A stretch of DNA of 62,864 nucleotides, the filler included, from Guillardia theta CCMP2712 (lineage: Eukaryota; Protista; Cryptophyta), in assembly GCF_000315625.1 (NCBI RefSeq). It is 4 parts of 4 records of this genome, joined end to end, with 100 filler letters (N's around TTAATTAATTAA, not from the genome) between each part and the next. Parts side by side here need not be neighbours in the genome. Positions count along the whole stretch, not along the records: positions 1 to 17,449 come from NW_005434337.1; positions 17,550 to 45,618 come from NW_005434659.1; 2 more parts are not named here. The stretch is one strand, 5' to 3'. Below the pieces are notes generated by a model, which was given only the letters and a program-made list of their open reading frames with translations, was not told the DNA's origin and did no database searches. Positions 12,201 through 23,750 of this stretch are shown here, piece after piece. Positions within the stretch are counted from its first letter, which is position 1; every line of letters starts with the position of its first letter. A program made the position numbers and the translations under genes.

Positions 12201-14894
12201 TCACTCGGCATCGCGTCGCTCGAGCACGGACCTGAGCCGTCGGCGCGCCTCAGAAGCACGGGTGTCGGGGATGTTGGGAGGCAGGGCGGCGCCTCGGAGC
12301 CGTCGGATGCGTCGGATGTTGTACGAGTTGTCGCTAGCAAGGCTGCTCAGAGCCTCCATCGCGCTATCCTCCAACCACCCGCTGCCCTCATGCCTTTGCA
12401 TCGCCCTCGCTACCGCCTCGATCGCTCCCGCCTCCCGCGCCCGCGCCTGGCTGTCTGCCATGCCCGCCGTCATGCTGCGCAAGGCCGTGCATCCGTCACA
12501 CTGTAGCCATCGTTCGTCCACATGTGTGGACATGGCGCTGACAACGGCCTCGATCGCTCCCGCCTCCCGAGCCCGCGCCTGGCTGTCAGCCATGCCCGCC
12601 GTCATGCTCTCAAGCGCTTGGCATGCTGACCAATGCAAGCACATCTCGTCTGCGTGCGTGGACATGGCGCTGACGACGGCCTCGATCGCTCCCGCCTCCC
12701 GCGCCCGCGCCTGGCTGTCAGCCATGCCCTCTGTCATGCTGCACAAGGCCTTGCATCCATCATTTTGTAGCCATTGCTTGTCTGCGTGCGTGGACATGGC
12801 GTTGACGACGGCCTCGATTGCTCCCGCCTGCATGGCCGGGAGCTTGTTCTGCTCGTGGCTCTCGGCTATCGCTGTCAGCACCTCGCATAGTCCTTGCTGT
12901 ATCTTCGCGTTGCTCTGGTGCCTGGTCATGGCGCTGACGACAGCCTCGATCGCTTTTGCATCTCTCGCTGTGCCCTGGTATCGGAAGTACTGCATTGTGT
13001 ACTTCAGAGCCCAGCACGCAGCCTGCTGTACTTGCCAGTCGTCCGCATACCTATCGAGGCATCTCATGACGGCCTCGATCGCTCCCGCCTCCCGTGCTCG
13101 CGCCTGGTTGTCTTCGATGCGACCGACGGTATGTCTCAGGGCCCAGCACGCAGCCTGCTGTACCCCCGCGTCGACTGCGTGTGTGGACATGGCGCTGACG
13201 ACGGCCTCGATCGCTCCCGCCTCTCGCGCCTGCGCCTGGCTCTCGTCCCTGAAGCTGACAGTGAAGCGCAAGGCCGAGCACGCAGCCTGCTGTACCCCTG
13301 CGTCGAATGCGTGCGTGGTCATGGCGCTGACGACGGCCTCGATCGCTCCCGCCTCTCGCGCCTTGACCTTGTCAGCCTCCCCGTTCCGAGCCATGCTGAC
13401 CAAGGCTTCGCACGCAGCCTGCTGTACCTCCGCGAGAGCCTCGTACGTCCTCATCTCCTGCATCACTGCCTCTATGCTGTCGTCAGCTCCCGTCCTCAGC
13501 AGCCTCCATGCCTCCCTTGCCGGCTGCTCCATCCCGACCGGCAGCGCCTGAGCTCCCGTCCTCAGCGAGCTGAGAGCGTCGCTGCCCGTGGACTCCAAGG
13601 CGGTGCAAGCTGACTCTTGCAGCTCCACGAGCTCTGCGTACTTGCGCTTCCTGACTCTCCTCGCCACCGCCTCGATCCCTCCCCCCGCTGCCTCTCCGAT
13701 CCTTCTCCATGCAGCTTCTGCCATGCTGCGTATGCCTCGGCATAGCGACTGGTTGCCGGCCCCTGCCCGCTGCTGTCCAGGCGTCCTGTCTGACCATGTC
13801 CATGCAGCAGCCCCCTCATCCCCCTCCGCTCCGGCTCTTCCTACAGCTACCGCAAGCTCGGCGAACCTCGGGCGGTCCTCCTCCCTCGTCGCCCAGCAGC
13901 TCTCCAGCAGGGCCCACAACCCGTCCGGGCATCCTCCGAGGAGGTGCTCTCGAGGCAGCCTCCCACCCCCGCACACGTACCCGATCACAGTCGGGTCCGT
14001 CATGGGGTAGTAGGGGGTCATGCCCGAGGTCAGGATCTCCCAGCACGTGACCCCGTAGGCCCACACGTCGCTCTTCTCCGAGCACCGGCCTCTCTGCATC
14101 GACTCTGGGGGCATGTAGCGCACCGGCAGCGCTCGCCCCGCTACCCTCCCGTCACTCCCGTCCACCAGCTCCCCTGCCCGCCCGTACCCCGCCACCTTCA
14201 CCGACGTCCTCCCCACGTCCTCCTTGTCGAAGCCCATGACCAGCACGTGCCGAGCCGCGAGGTCCCGGTGCACGACCCGCTGCTCAGCCAGGTGCTCCAT
14301 GCCCTGCGCGATCTGCTCCATCATCGCCATCTGGTGCCCTCGTGTCACCTGCCCCGCCAGCCTCCCCAGCAGAGCCTCCCTCAGCGACCCCAGCTCGGCG
14401 AGCTCGGTCAGCAGCAGGGGACAGCCGTCGGCGTCGTGGCTCTGCCCCATGTAGCGTACAAGCCGAGGATGCGGCCCGAGTCTGAGCATGACCGCGGCTT
14501 GTCTGCCGCCGTCGTCTTGCCTGAGCTTGAGCACGGCTACCTTGATCTTGCCGGGCCCTGCTCTCCTTCCTTGCTGGCGGAGGTGACCTATGTAGAGGGT
14601 CTGGGAGGAGCCTGCTGAGATAGGCTGCCGCTCCATCTCCACGTCGTGCCTGGGGACGAGCAGCGCGTGTCGCTCCTGCCACTCCTGGATGGCGCTGCGG
14701 AGAGCGAGGTTGGGGACAAGGTGGTCGGAGGGGAGGAGGGCGCCTGTGAGGGGGCTGGAGAGACGATGGCGGAGCCAGGTCTCGATGGAGGATCTCTGGT
14801 AGGTGTGGCCATCGCAGCAGGTGACAGGGTCGGTCATGAGCGCCATGCTGATGGGGCAGATGAAGGACGGGAGCGCTCCCTGGTCCGCTGCCAT
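12201..14894 (-). CDS. U-box + tyrosine-kinase-like pseudokinase + ARM-repeat protein (intronless)
   Basis: ATG at 14894. U-box FICPISMALMTDPVTCCDGHTYQRSSIETWL...SPLTG...LVPNLALRSAIQEW. Kinase motifs HRDLAARH, LPVRYMPPES and KSDVWAYGVTCWEI. About 9 ARM repeats AREAGAIEAVVSAMSTH...VQQAAC. Confidence 0.88.
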   Translation of the reverse strand: MAADQGALPSFICPISMALMTDPVTCCDGHTYQRSSIETWLRHRLSSPLTGALLPSDHLVPNLALRSAIQEWQERHALLVPRHDVEMERQPISAGSSQTLYIGHLRQQGRRAGPGKIKVAVLKLRQDDGGRQAAVMLRLGPHPRLVRYMGQSHDADGCPLLLTELAELGSLREALLGRLAGQVTRGHQMAMMEQIAQGMEHLAEQRVVHRDLAARHVLVMGFDKEDVGRTSVKVAGYGRAGELVDGSDGRVAGRALPVRYMPPESMQRGRCSEKSDVWAYGVTCWEILTSGMTPYYPMTDPTVIGYVCGGGRLPREHLLGGCPDGLWALLESCWATREEDRPRFAELAVAVGRAGAEGDEGAAAWTWSDRTPGQQRAGAGNQSLCRGIRSMAEAAWRRIGEAAGGGIEAVARRVRKRKYAELVELQESACTALESTGSDALSSLRTGAQALPVGMEQPAREAWRLLRTGADDSIEAVMQEMRTYEALAEVQQAACEALVSMARNGEADKVKAREAGAIEAVVSAMTTHAFDAGVQQAACSALRFTVSFRDESQAQAREAGAIEAVVSAMSTHAVDAGVQQAACWALRHTVGRIEDNQARAREAGAIEAVMRCLDRYADDWQVQQAACWALKYTMQYFRYQGTARDAKAIEAVVSAMTRHQSNAKIQQGLCEVLTAIAESHEQNKLPAMQAGAIEAVVNAMSTHADKQWLQNDGCKALCSMTEGMADSQARAREAGAIEAVVSAMSTHADEMCLHWSACQALESMTAGMADSQARAREAGAIEAVVSAMSTHVDERWLQCDGCTALRSMTAGMADSQARAREAGAIEAVARAMQRHEGSGWLEDSAMEALSSLASDNSYNIRRIRRLRGAALPPNIPDTRASEARRRLRSVLERRDAE
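12400..13480 (-). repeat. Coding tandem repeat, 132-bp (44-aa) ARM units
   Basis: The motif GCCTCGAT(C/T)GC recurs at 12415, 12547, 12679, 12811, 12943, 13072, 13204 and 13336 (spacing 132 bp, once 129 bp). Confidence 0.9.
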
Positions 14895-15326
14895 GGCGGG
14901 CCGAGGAGCGAGGGGAGAGGAAGGGAGGGGATAAAGGGGGTACGTGCATCGAGGGAGAGAGGGGGTGCGAGGCCGGTCTAGGGAGGGGTAGGGGGTGGTA
15001 CGAGGAGGGGAGAAGAGGGAGGTGGGGTGGTCCAAAAAAGAAAAGCTAATCCTACCAGCGGCTACGGGGGGAGTGTAAAACTAAAAAAAAGAAGAATAAG
15101 TCTTGTTGCTGCCTTTTGTGTACGATGGTATCTTGCGGGTATGTCTTGTTGCTGCCTTTTGTGCATTTGGTGCTGATGGTCTGAGGCGGGTGGCTTTCTA
15201 CTAGGGAGAGGACCAAGGGGATCAAGGGGGGAACCAACGACATTGGCGACAAGAAGAAAGACTGGACATACAGAGCTGCAGGATCTAAGGATAGATTGCA
15301 ATCATTTCAAGATATCTGATCAAGAA

Positions 15327-15812
15327 ATGACAACGTGGATGTCTTATGCGCAAAAAACGAAACTGAATCCTTTGATTGTGAAGTTCAACAAGATCAATCT
15401 TGAGAACTCTTGCTTGAGTGATGTCAAGGACATCATCTTTGATAGGTACATGGAGTTGTGCAAGACAGAGATCAAGGAATTCAACCTTGACAACTTTATG
15501 TGCCAGATTTGCTGCTCTTGGACACCTTGTAAAGAGCGGAATATATCGGATGTGTGCAAGACCTGCAGAGATAATTATTTTGTATGGAGATGCTCTATGT
15601 GTGATGATGATGTGTTTGAGCACCTCGACGCAATAGTAACCGCAGAATATCTGTGCGATGGATGCTATATGGAGGTGCCATACTGCAAGAGATGTTACGA
15701 AGAGGAGCTCGAGTTCTCATGCTGGAAATGTGGAGACATATACAAGCTGTGTAATGGATATGATGAGGACTGTTGCTCATATGGTTGCACGTCTGGAGAC
15801 GAATGGTGGTAG
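15327..15812 (+). CDS. Cys-rich acidic orphan protein with multiple CxxC pairs (putative zinc-binding)
   Basis: Intronless ORF from ATG 15327, open from 15243. CxxC pairs CQIC, CKTC, CSMC, CDGC, CKRC and CWKC. Visibly AT-richer than the neighbouring genes. Confidence 0.55.
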   Translation: MTTWMSYAQKTKLNPLIVKFNKINLENSCLSDVKDIIFDRYMELCKTEIKEFNLDNFMCQICCSWTPCKERNISDVCKTCRDNYFVWRCSMCDDDVFEHLDAIVTAEYLCDGCYMEVPYCKRCYEEELEFSCWKCGDIYKLCNGYDEDCCSYGCTSGDEWW

Positions 15813-17449
15813 ACAACAAGGATCCAGGGGGTTACATTTTACAAACTGTGCACCTTCAATCCAAGCATATTTTTTCATCAATGTTTGGATGTTCATTCTT
15901 ACAAATCTCCAATACACTCTTCACAATCTAGCCTTCTTCTCTTGTGGCTACATTGTTCATCTTCACAATCTAGCCTTCTCCGTTATCTACTCTCCTCTCC
16001 GCCAGCCTTTTCCTCTGACCTGATCTTCTCTTCTCTTTGATCTGCTCTCCTTTCACCTGCTTCCCCTCTCCTCTCCTCTCGTGCAAGATCTTCTTCTCTC
16101 CGGTCAGATCTGCTCCTCGCAGTCTCTTCCTTTCCTTCTTTCCGTCTCTTTCCTTCTTCCCCCTTCTCCTCGCTCCTCCATCTCTCTTCACTCGTCCCCT
16201 CCCTTGTCCGCTCCCCTTGTCATTTCACTCCACTACCTCCCCCCTGTCCATTCCTCTTCTCCGCTCTCTGCTCTCTGCTTCTCCCTGCCCTGCTCGTCTC
16301 TTCTCCTCCTCTCTCCTCTCCTCTTCCATCTGTTCCCTTTGCTTTTCTGATCGCCTTTCTACTCTACTGGCTGAGGCTTGAAGAGAAGCAGCTCGACAGG
16401 TAAAACCAACGAGAGAGAAACGAGAGAAGAGAGAAAACGACAAGGGAAGGGAGAGAGAGAGGGTAAGAAAGGGGAAGATGAACAAGCCAGTAGACAACGA
16501 GAGATGTTTACAAGATGTTTAGGAGAGGGTGAGAAAGAGGGGAAGAGAAAAGAGCAGAATCACGACCAGCAGCCAAGATGCAGAAAGAGAAAGAGAGAGA
16601 GACAGACAGAGAGACAGTGAGAGACAGACAGACAGACAGACAGACAGAGACAGAGACAGAGAGATAGAGAGAGGATAAGACGTGAGGTATGTATGAGGAG
16701 ACAGACTCGAGTCGATAAAGAGAAGAGGCAAGCGAGACAGGCGAGGAAAGCTCACGAGGAAGAGGAACATCGAATGACAATGCGAGATAAATAGAGATCG
16801 ACGACGAGGATGGTGCAACACTTGATGCTCGTCCGTTCTGTTGAGACCGTAGGCTTCTCGCGGTACCGACGACCATCTGTGCGCCAACTCAAAGTCGCTC
16901 AGGTTGACCCACGGCTGTTTGAGTCAACTGTGACGCTTCAAGATGGCAGGACAGACCTGCTGGTACGCAACCGGTTCTTGCGATGAAGACCAAGGGCGTT
17001 GTGATTGCTGATAGCGCTTCTTGCTTCCTGAATGCATCAGCCATATCACACCCTCTCCATCCTCATGGCTTGTAGACTTGAATCAAGGTCAGGTCCAGAC
17101 AAAGACGACTTCTCTCAACCTGTGATGTGTCTTGTCGCTGATATGCTTGCTGCTTGCGTCGTTTGTGTCTTGAAGATACAGGAGGCGTCGCTAGCGACTC
17201 GGCAGGAGAGGGAGTGGTGAGAGGGGACTCGAAAACACTCCAGACAGGATTGGGAGAGCTGAGAACGTTACGGGTAGGTCAAACGACAGGTGTCTCAGCA
17301 TAGAACTCACGCAGAGAACTGAAGCTTCCTCCGGATGCGGCTGGTGGGGGGGGCTTGAGTTCCACGGCAAGTCAGCAGAGCTTGGATCCCTGCTGAATGA
17401 TGTCTTAGACCCGTGTCACGAGGAGGTGAATAAAGGAGGAACTGCAAGA

Positions 17450-17549
17450 NNNNNNNNNNNNNNNNNNNNNNNNNNNNNNNNNNNNNNNNNNNNTTAATTA
17501 ATTAANNNNNNNNNNNNNNNNNNNNNNNNNNNNNNNNNNNNNNNNNNNN
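17450..17549. other. Artificial contig spacer (N-TTAATTAATTAA-N)
   Basis: The 12-mer gives stops in all six frames and is flanked by Ns. The same spacer occurs at ~45663 and ~53243. Confidence 0.92.
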
Positions 17550-17699
17550 ATTCCTCGTATTCGACAGAAGCTAAGTTCCGCAGAGATATGTACAATCGGC
17601 ATGGGTAGGTAAACTGTACCACAGTCATCATCAATTTCTCGCAGGTACGTCAGCAAAGAAGAACGATTACAGTGAGGTGACACAAGGGCAGTTAACACT

Positions 17700-20600
17700 T
17701 CCCTGTAGAATATGAAGAGAACCTCTAGCCGACCTATATCCTGCAGGAGGACGTTGTTTCTCCATCTGGGGGCATGTTGGTGGAAGGCTGGTGGAGGAGA
17801 AACCCCTCCGGAACCCTCTTTCCAGGAGGAGGAGGAAGAGGAGGACGAGGAGGAGGAGGAGGAGGAGGAGAGGATACCTGCTCTTCCAGCATGTGATTCA
17901 CTTCATTCCTCCCCCCTCGTCCGTTGGTCTGCGCCCCAAGTCAGCAGGGGGCGAGCTGGGGTAGGCGGCACCATGATCTTGCTAGAAGCCAGCTCCTGCT
18001 TCGTCGCATGCAGCTCGTCTTGCAACTGCACGTTCGATGCCTGGGGGTCCATCAGTGTTGCCCTCCAGCTGAATGTTCAGCAGACCTCCAGCTGATAGTT
18101 TCTCTCCTCTAGAGCAAAGATCTTCTGGTCGGCGGCAGCCAAAGCCTCCTCCTCTCCTACCCGCTGCACGTTTGCCTGCTCGGGAGTGATGAGAAGGGGA
18201 GGAGAGTGGGAAAGGGAGGAGGAGGAGGATACAGCAGGACCGGTGGGGAAGAGGAGGAGGAGAGAGAGGAGGAGAGAGAGGAGAGGTCGAGGGAGGAGGA
18301 GAACGTGGGAGGAGGAGGAGTGGAGGGAGAAGGAGGAGGAGNNNNNNNNNNNNNNNNNNNNNNNNNNNNNNNNNNNNNNNNNNNNNNNNNNNNNNNNNNN
18401 NNNNNNNNNNNNNNNNNNNNNNNNNNNNNNNNNNNNNNNNNNNNNNNNNNNNNNNNNNNNNNNNNNNNNNNNNNNNNNNNNNNNNNNNNNNNNNNNNNNN
18501 NNNNNNNNNNNNNNNNNNNNNNNNNNNNNNNNNNNNNNNNNNNNNNNNNNNNNNNNNNNNNNNNNNNNNNNNNNNNNNNNNNNNNNNNNNNNNNNNNNNN
18601 NNNNNNNNNNNNNNNNNNNNNNNNNNNNNNNNNNNNNNNNNNNNNNNNNNNNNNNNNNNNNNNNNNNNNNNNNNNNNNNNNNNNNNNNNNNNNNNNNNNN
18701 NNNNNNNNNNNNNNNNNNNNNNNNNNNNNNNNNNNNNNNNNNNNNNNNNNNNNNNNNNNNNNNNNNNNNNNNNNNNNNNNNNNNNNNNNNNNNNNNNNNN
18801 NNNNNNNNNNNNNNNNNNNNNNNNNNNNNNNNNNNNNNNNNNNNNNNNNNNNNNNNNNNNNNNNNNNNNNNNNNNNNNNNNNNNNNNNNNNNNNNNNNNN
18901 NNNNNNNNNNNNNNNNNNNNNNNNNNNNNNNNNNNNNNNNNNNNNNNNNNNNNNNNNNNNNNNNNNNNNNNNNNNNNNNNNNNNNNNNNNNNNNNNNNNN
19001 NNNNNNNNNNNNNNNNNNNNNNNNNNNNNNNNNNNNNNNNNNNNNNNNNNNNNNNNNNNNNNNNNNNNNNNNNNNNNNNNNNNNNNNNNNNNNNNNNNNN
19101 NNNNNNNNNNNNNNNNNNNNNNNNNNNNNNNNNNNNNNNNNNNNNNNNNNNNNNNNNNNNNNNNNNNNNNNNNNNNNNNNNNNNNNNNNNNNNNNNNNNN
19201 NNNNNNNNNNNNNNNNNNNNNNNNNNNNNNNNNNNNNNNNNNNNNNNNNNNNTCTTACTTCTTTCTCCTTTCTCACTCTACTTGTCTCTTCCCTTTTCCT
19301 CATTACCTCCTCCTCCCACTTCTTCCCCCCCCCCCTCGTTTTTCTCTCCCTCCTCCTTCCTTCGCTGGTTCCTCCTCCCTCTGCTCCCCCTTCCTCTCTC
19401 TACGTCTCCCTTCCTCCTTCCTCTTCACTTCTTCCTCCCCTCCTCCTCCTCCTCCTCCTCCGACCTGGTGTAAAGTTCGCTCCAAAACGTCGAGACCCCT
19501 TGCCTCTGACGCGTGCGCCTGCTCGAACAGTTACAAGAAGCCAGAGCCCCTTCAGTTCTCTCCTCTCCTCCTCCTTTCCTCTTTTCTCCTCTCCTTCCAT
19601 TGCTCCCTCCTGACTGCCCCTGCTCCCCCCCCGCTCCCCCCAACTCCCACTCTTCCTCCTCCTCCTCCTCGTTGACTTATCCTCTCCTCTGCCTCACACT
19701 CTTTCCTCCTCCTCTTGATTCTGTCCTGCTCAGACGACTTGCCTGTCCAAGTGTGCTCTGCTGACGAGCCCAATCGATCTCTGCATGCGCCTGTGCATTG
19801 TCAACCTCCGTCAGATACTTCAGACCCACTCGCCCTCCCCGCCCCCTCCTCCTCCTTCTCCTATTTCAACCTGTCTGAGCTCTCCCCGCAGCATTTCCAT
19901 CTCGCGCCTGTGTTTCATCAGCATAACAACATGTTACCTCTCCTCCTCCTCCTCCTCCTCCTCCTCCTTCCCCTTTCTCTCCTCCGTTGCTCACTTCGCT
20001 TCCCGGAGCTCCGTCTCCAGCCCTTGCACTCGTTCCTGCGGTCAAGTTTCAGGTCCAGCTGCTCTCCAGCTGGCTGAGGATCACCTGAGCCTCCATCAGG
20101 TCCAGCTCGATCTCCCGCAGAGCCGTTTCCTTTTCCCGCAGCTCATCCTGTTTGCGCATGTCACGTCACGATCTCCTCCTCCCCCTTCTTCTCTCCTTCC
20201 CCCTCCCTTCCCTCCTCCCCCTCGCTCTCGTCCTTTGCCATCCCCTGCTCTCTTTTCTGCCCTCCCTCCTGCCCCAGTCCACGTCCACGTCCTCGTATTC
20301 CTCCTCCTCCTCCTCCACCTCCTCCTCTTCCTCGTTTTACCTGTGTGGTCAGCAGCTGCTCGTTGAGGGCTCCAGACTCCGCCAGCGCCTGTAGAGAAGG
20401 ATGAGGAGTAGGAGTAGGAGGAGTAGGAGTAGGAGGAGGAGGAGGAGGAGGAGGAGGAGGAGGAGGAGGAGGAGGAGGAGGAGGTGGTGGTGGTGGTGCA
20501 GGGCAGCAGCTCTTCCTCGTTCGCCATCTTCTCCATCCTCATAGCGCGTGACTGATGCTCTTCCTGCAGCAGGACGTGAGAAGGGGAGGGAGAGGGGAGG

Positions 20601-21155
20601 AGGGAGGGTGGGATGAGGGAAGGGGAGGATGGAGAGTGGGAGGAGGGAAGGGGAGGAGGGAAGGGAGGAAGGGAAGGAGAAGAGAGGGCTACCGCCTGCT
20701 GTTGCCAGTGCTCGCGTGCTGAGCTCTCCTGCGCCAGGGCATCTTGAAGTCTCTTGACCTTGCATGGTCTCAGGTACTGACCTCGACTCGTCCTCCTCCT
20801 CCTCGTCCTCGTCCTCCTCTTCTCCTCCACACTCTTCCCTTCCTTGCCCCCCCATCATTCCCTCTTCATCTTTCCTCCCACTTCTCGTCCCGTCCTTTCC
20901 ATCTCCTCCCCCTCCACTGCCACCAGCCAACCTGCAGACTCCTGTCTGTCTGGTCCGACGAGTCGTCTCCCGTCCCAGAGCTGAGGAGGAGGTGAGGAAA
21001 AGAGCAACAGCCACTCGTTGACTGACATGGCGTCGCTCCTCCAGGTCAGCTCGGACTTGAGCCGCTCGAGCTCTTCGAGGAGATCCTGCGGAGATTTAGA
21101 CGATGCAGAGAGGAGGATGGAAAGAGAGAAAGGAGATGGACAAGAAAGATGAGCA

Positions 21156-21200
<45 letters not shown>

Positions 21201-23750
21201 ACGGAGGGAGGAGGAGGAGGAGGAGGAAGAGTAGGAGTCACAAGAGTTGTGGAAGCAAGGGGACAGTGGAAGTAAAAGAGGCAGAGCCGGTGAAACGCAG
21301 CAGAGCAAGACTCGAGAGCAAGGGAAGGAATACGCAAGGCTGGGGATGAGTCAACATGTTTTTCAAGCTTCAAGTTTGCAAGCTCCTCGGCAGCTTGATC
21401 CATCAGCTCTCGTGATGTTGAGTCCAGGCCTAACAACCATGGCACGTGTTAGACGACAAGCAGGCAGAGCAAGAACAAGAGCAGGATGAGGAGAAAGCGC
21501 AGGAGCAGAGGGTGAATGCAGAAAAGAGGAGGGGCAAGATAGGAGGAGGAGGAGGAGGGGGACGACGACAAAGGACGAGGAGCAAGATAGGAGGAGGAGA
21601 AGGTACAAGTACATGTACAAAGTGTTTGAAAGAACAGCAGCAGCAACCAGACATCATAAGCGCTCTCACCGCTTCGTGTAACCTGATCCGCTTTCATCTT
21701 CGTCACGAGATGATTGATCTCTCGCTCCTTCTCCTGCACAATCCCATCTCACTACCTCCATCCTCCTTCCTCTCCCCCCTCCCCCTCCTCCTCCCCCTCT
21801 CCTCCTCAAAGGCGGCAGATTCATTGTTCTTGTATCAGTCACTGTGCCGTACAAGTGACCGACGAGACCGTTAACAGGACACTCTTACAACTACCAACAC
21901 CACTCGCAGCATCATACTCACTTCTCCCAGCGTGTGAACGTGCTGGTTCAGGAAGTGAAGGTGTTCCAGCAGCTCGTCGCACCTCCCCTGTCCTCCTCCT
22001 CATCAATTCACCTCCTAGTCGCATGACTCGCAGTAGACCTGAATCCTGGGCAGCTCTCGCAGGTCGTCGAGCATGTGCCTGCCCCGTTCCTCAGCTCTTG
22101 CTCGGACCAGGACCTGATCCTATCTCCTCTCCCTCCCTCTCCCTCTTCGTCTCCCTCTCCTCAGTCGTCTCCTCTGCCCTCGCTCCTCCCTCCCCTCACG
22201 CACATTCTCTCTGCCTCGAGGCTCGCGATGATCTTGTCTCTTGTTTCCAACTCGTTCTGCCAGCCTGTCATGCTCCGATCCTCCTGTCCCGCCACCTCAC
22301 CTGTAGCTGCTGGAGCTGAGCTGGGAACTCGTCGCCTTTCAACGCGTCAGGGGTGAGCTGGAGAGCATAAAAGAATTGTCTGTACCTCCTTGAGAAACTA
22401 CTGACCCCCTTGCCTGCGATCGAGTCATCATTGCGGACGGAGCACAACAGGCAAGTCCACATGCTCTACCTGCAAGTTCGCGATCTTCTTCTGCGCCGCA
22501 TCCAGGAGCTCTTGTGCTCTCTCGCCCTTGCTGCGCTCCTGATCGGCCGCGTTCTGCAGAGCAGGAAGCGAGCTGTAACTCGAGGTGACTTGAAGGCAAG
22601 GGACGAACCAGAAGGTCTTCTTGCAAGTCTCTGGCTGAGTTCAGCTCCATCTTCAGCTGCAGGATCTGAAGGCCAAGTCAGCACAACCTTCTCTCTCCTC
22701 GTCTTCCGACTATCTCCCGCTGGCTGGCTGTCTCATTCTCCAAGTGCTCCGCCTTCTGGATGAACTGCGCCAACGCCTCCTCCTTGACCTGCAGCTCTTG
22801 CATGATGGAGGCCTGGCGTTTAAGGCCGCACGTCAACAACAGTTCTCCTCCTCGTACAGCACACGGCATACCCTCCATGCCTCCATCGCATGTGAGCTTT
22901 GCGGATCGATCCCTTCAAACTCGTGCAGTGCTCTGACCAAGGGTAAGGGTGCAAGTGAGAGCAACCAAGGTTCCCACCTCATCAGTCTGTCCTCAGTCGT
23001 AGTGGCAAACTGCTGCCAGTCCTGCAAACGAGCGTCGGGAGAAGATGCTCGGGCAAAACCAGCGCACCTTCATCTCAGCTTTGACCCGCTTCAGTTCCAC
23101 ACTGGCCGCGTCGATCTGAAGAGGAGACAGTGAGTGGAAGAAAGAGCTCTGAGTCCAGCAGTCCACCTGCATCTTTGCTCCCTCCTCCATCCTAGCCATA
23201 TCCCGGTTTTGCGCCATTCTACATCCGTGTCAGGAGAGTACTGCAAGGGCAGCAACAGCATACAGGCGCTGGTCCAACTCAGATATGTGTTGCTTCAACG
23301 ATGCGATCTCGTCCTCCATCGACCTGAACTGGATGTGGGTGACTTCTTCATCTGAAATTCGTTCGTCTATCAGAAATTTCTGCTCCTCCAGGGCCTGTTC
23401 CACAACGTCGGATCATTGCATACGTGCAGGTAAATGGGGGAATGTTCGTACCTGACGGAGCTGATCATTCTCATTCATCAAGTCTTGGAAGCTAAAGTCT
23501 CTTCTCTTCTCTCCATCCTGGCCGTCAGCTCCCTCCCTGCTGATCAGCTGCTCGATCCTTGCCTGAGGAGCCGTCAGCCTCGTACAGAAATCCCCGCACC
23601 ATGCTGTACCTCAAGGTGGAAGATCTTCTTATGAGCATCTGCAAGCTGCCTGTCCTTCACAACGAGCTCATCCTGCATGGACGCAGCGAGCCGGCTGTAC
23701 TCGAACCCCGCCATGTTGCCCCTCGGCAGCGCCCCTTCTTCCTCCATCAT
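17700..23750 (-). CDS. Multi-exon coiled-coil protein of unknown function (3' end approximate)
   Basis: First exon MMEEEGALPRGNMAGFEYSRLAASMQDELVVKDRQLADAHKKIFHLE|GT. Many short E/Q/K/L-rich exons (e.g. DLLEELERLKSELTW, ASIMQELQVKEEALAQFIQKAEHLENE, ALAAADQKIFALEERNYQLE) lie between purine/pyrimidine-tract introns. Confidence 0.65.

Noticed and set aside
12400-13480. Regularly spaced conserved motif resembling a CRISPR array
   Set aside because: The units are in-frame protein repeats with homologous 'spacers', there are no cas genes, and the context is eukaryotic.
12121-13551. 476-aa repetitive plus-strand ORF
   Set aside because: It is the antisense shadow of the ARM-repeat coding region.
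16700-17449. Possible 3' exons of a minus-strand gene at the contig end
   Set aside because: There is no recognisable domain and I could not build a consistent model.
17494-17505. Palindromic TTAATTAATTAA repeated three times in the window
   Set aside because: It is always embedded in Ns and is a six-frame-stop linker used to join contigs. Gene adjacency across these points is not biological.
18077-19675. Long ORFs spanning N runs (also 48214-49140 and 61774-62847)
   Set aside because: They are open only because of the Ns or the simple repeats.
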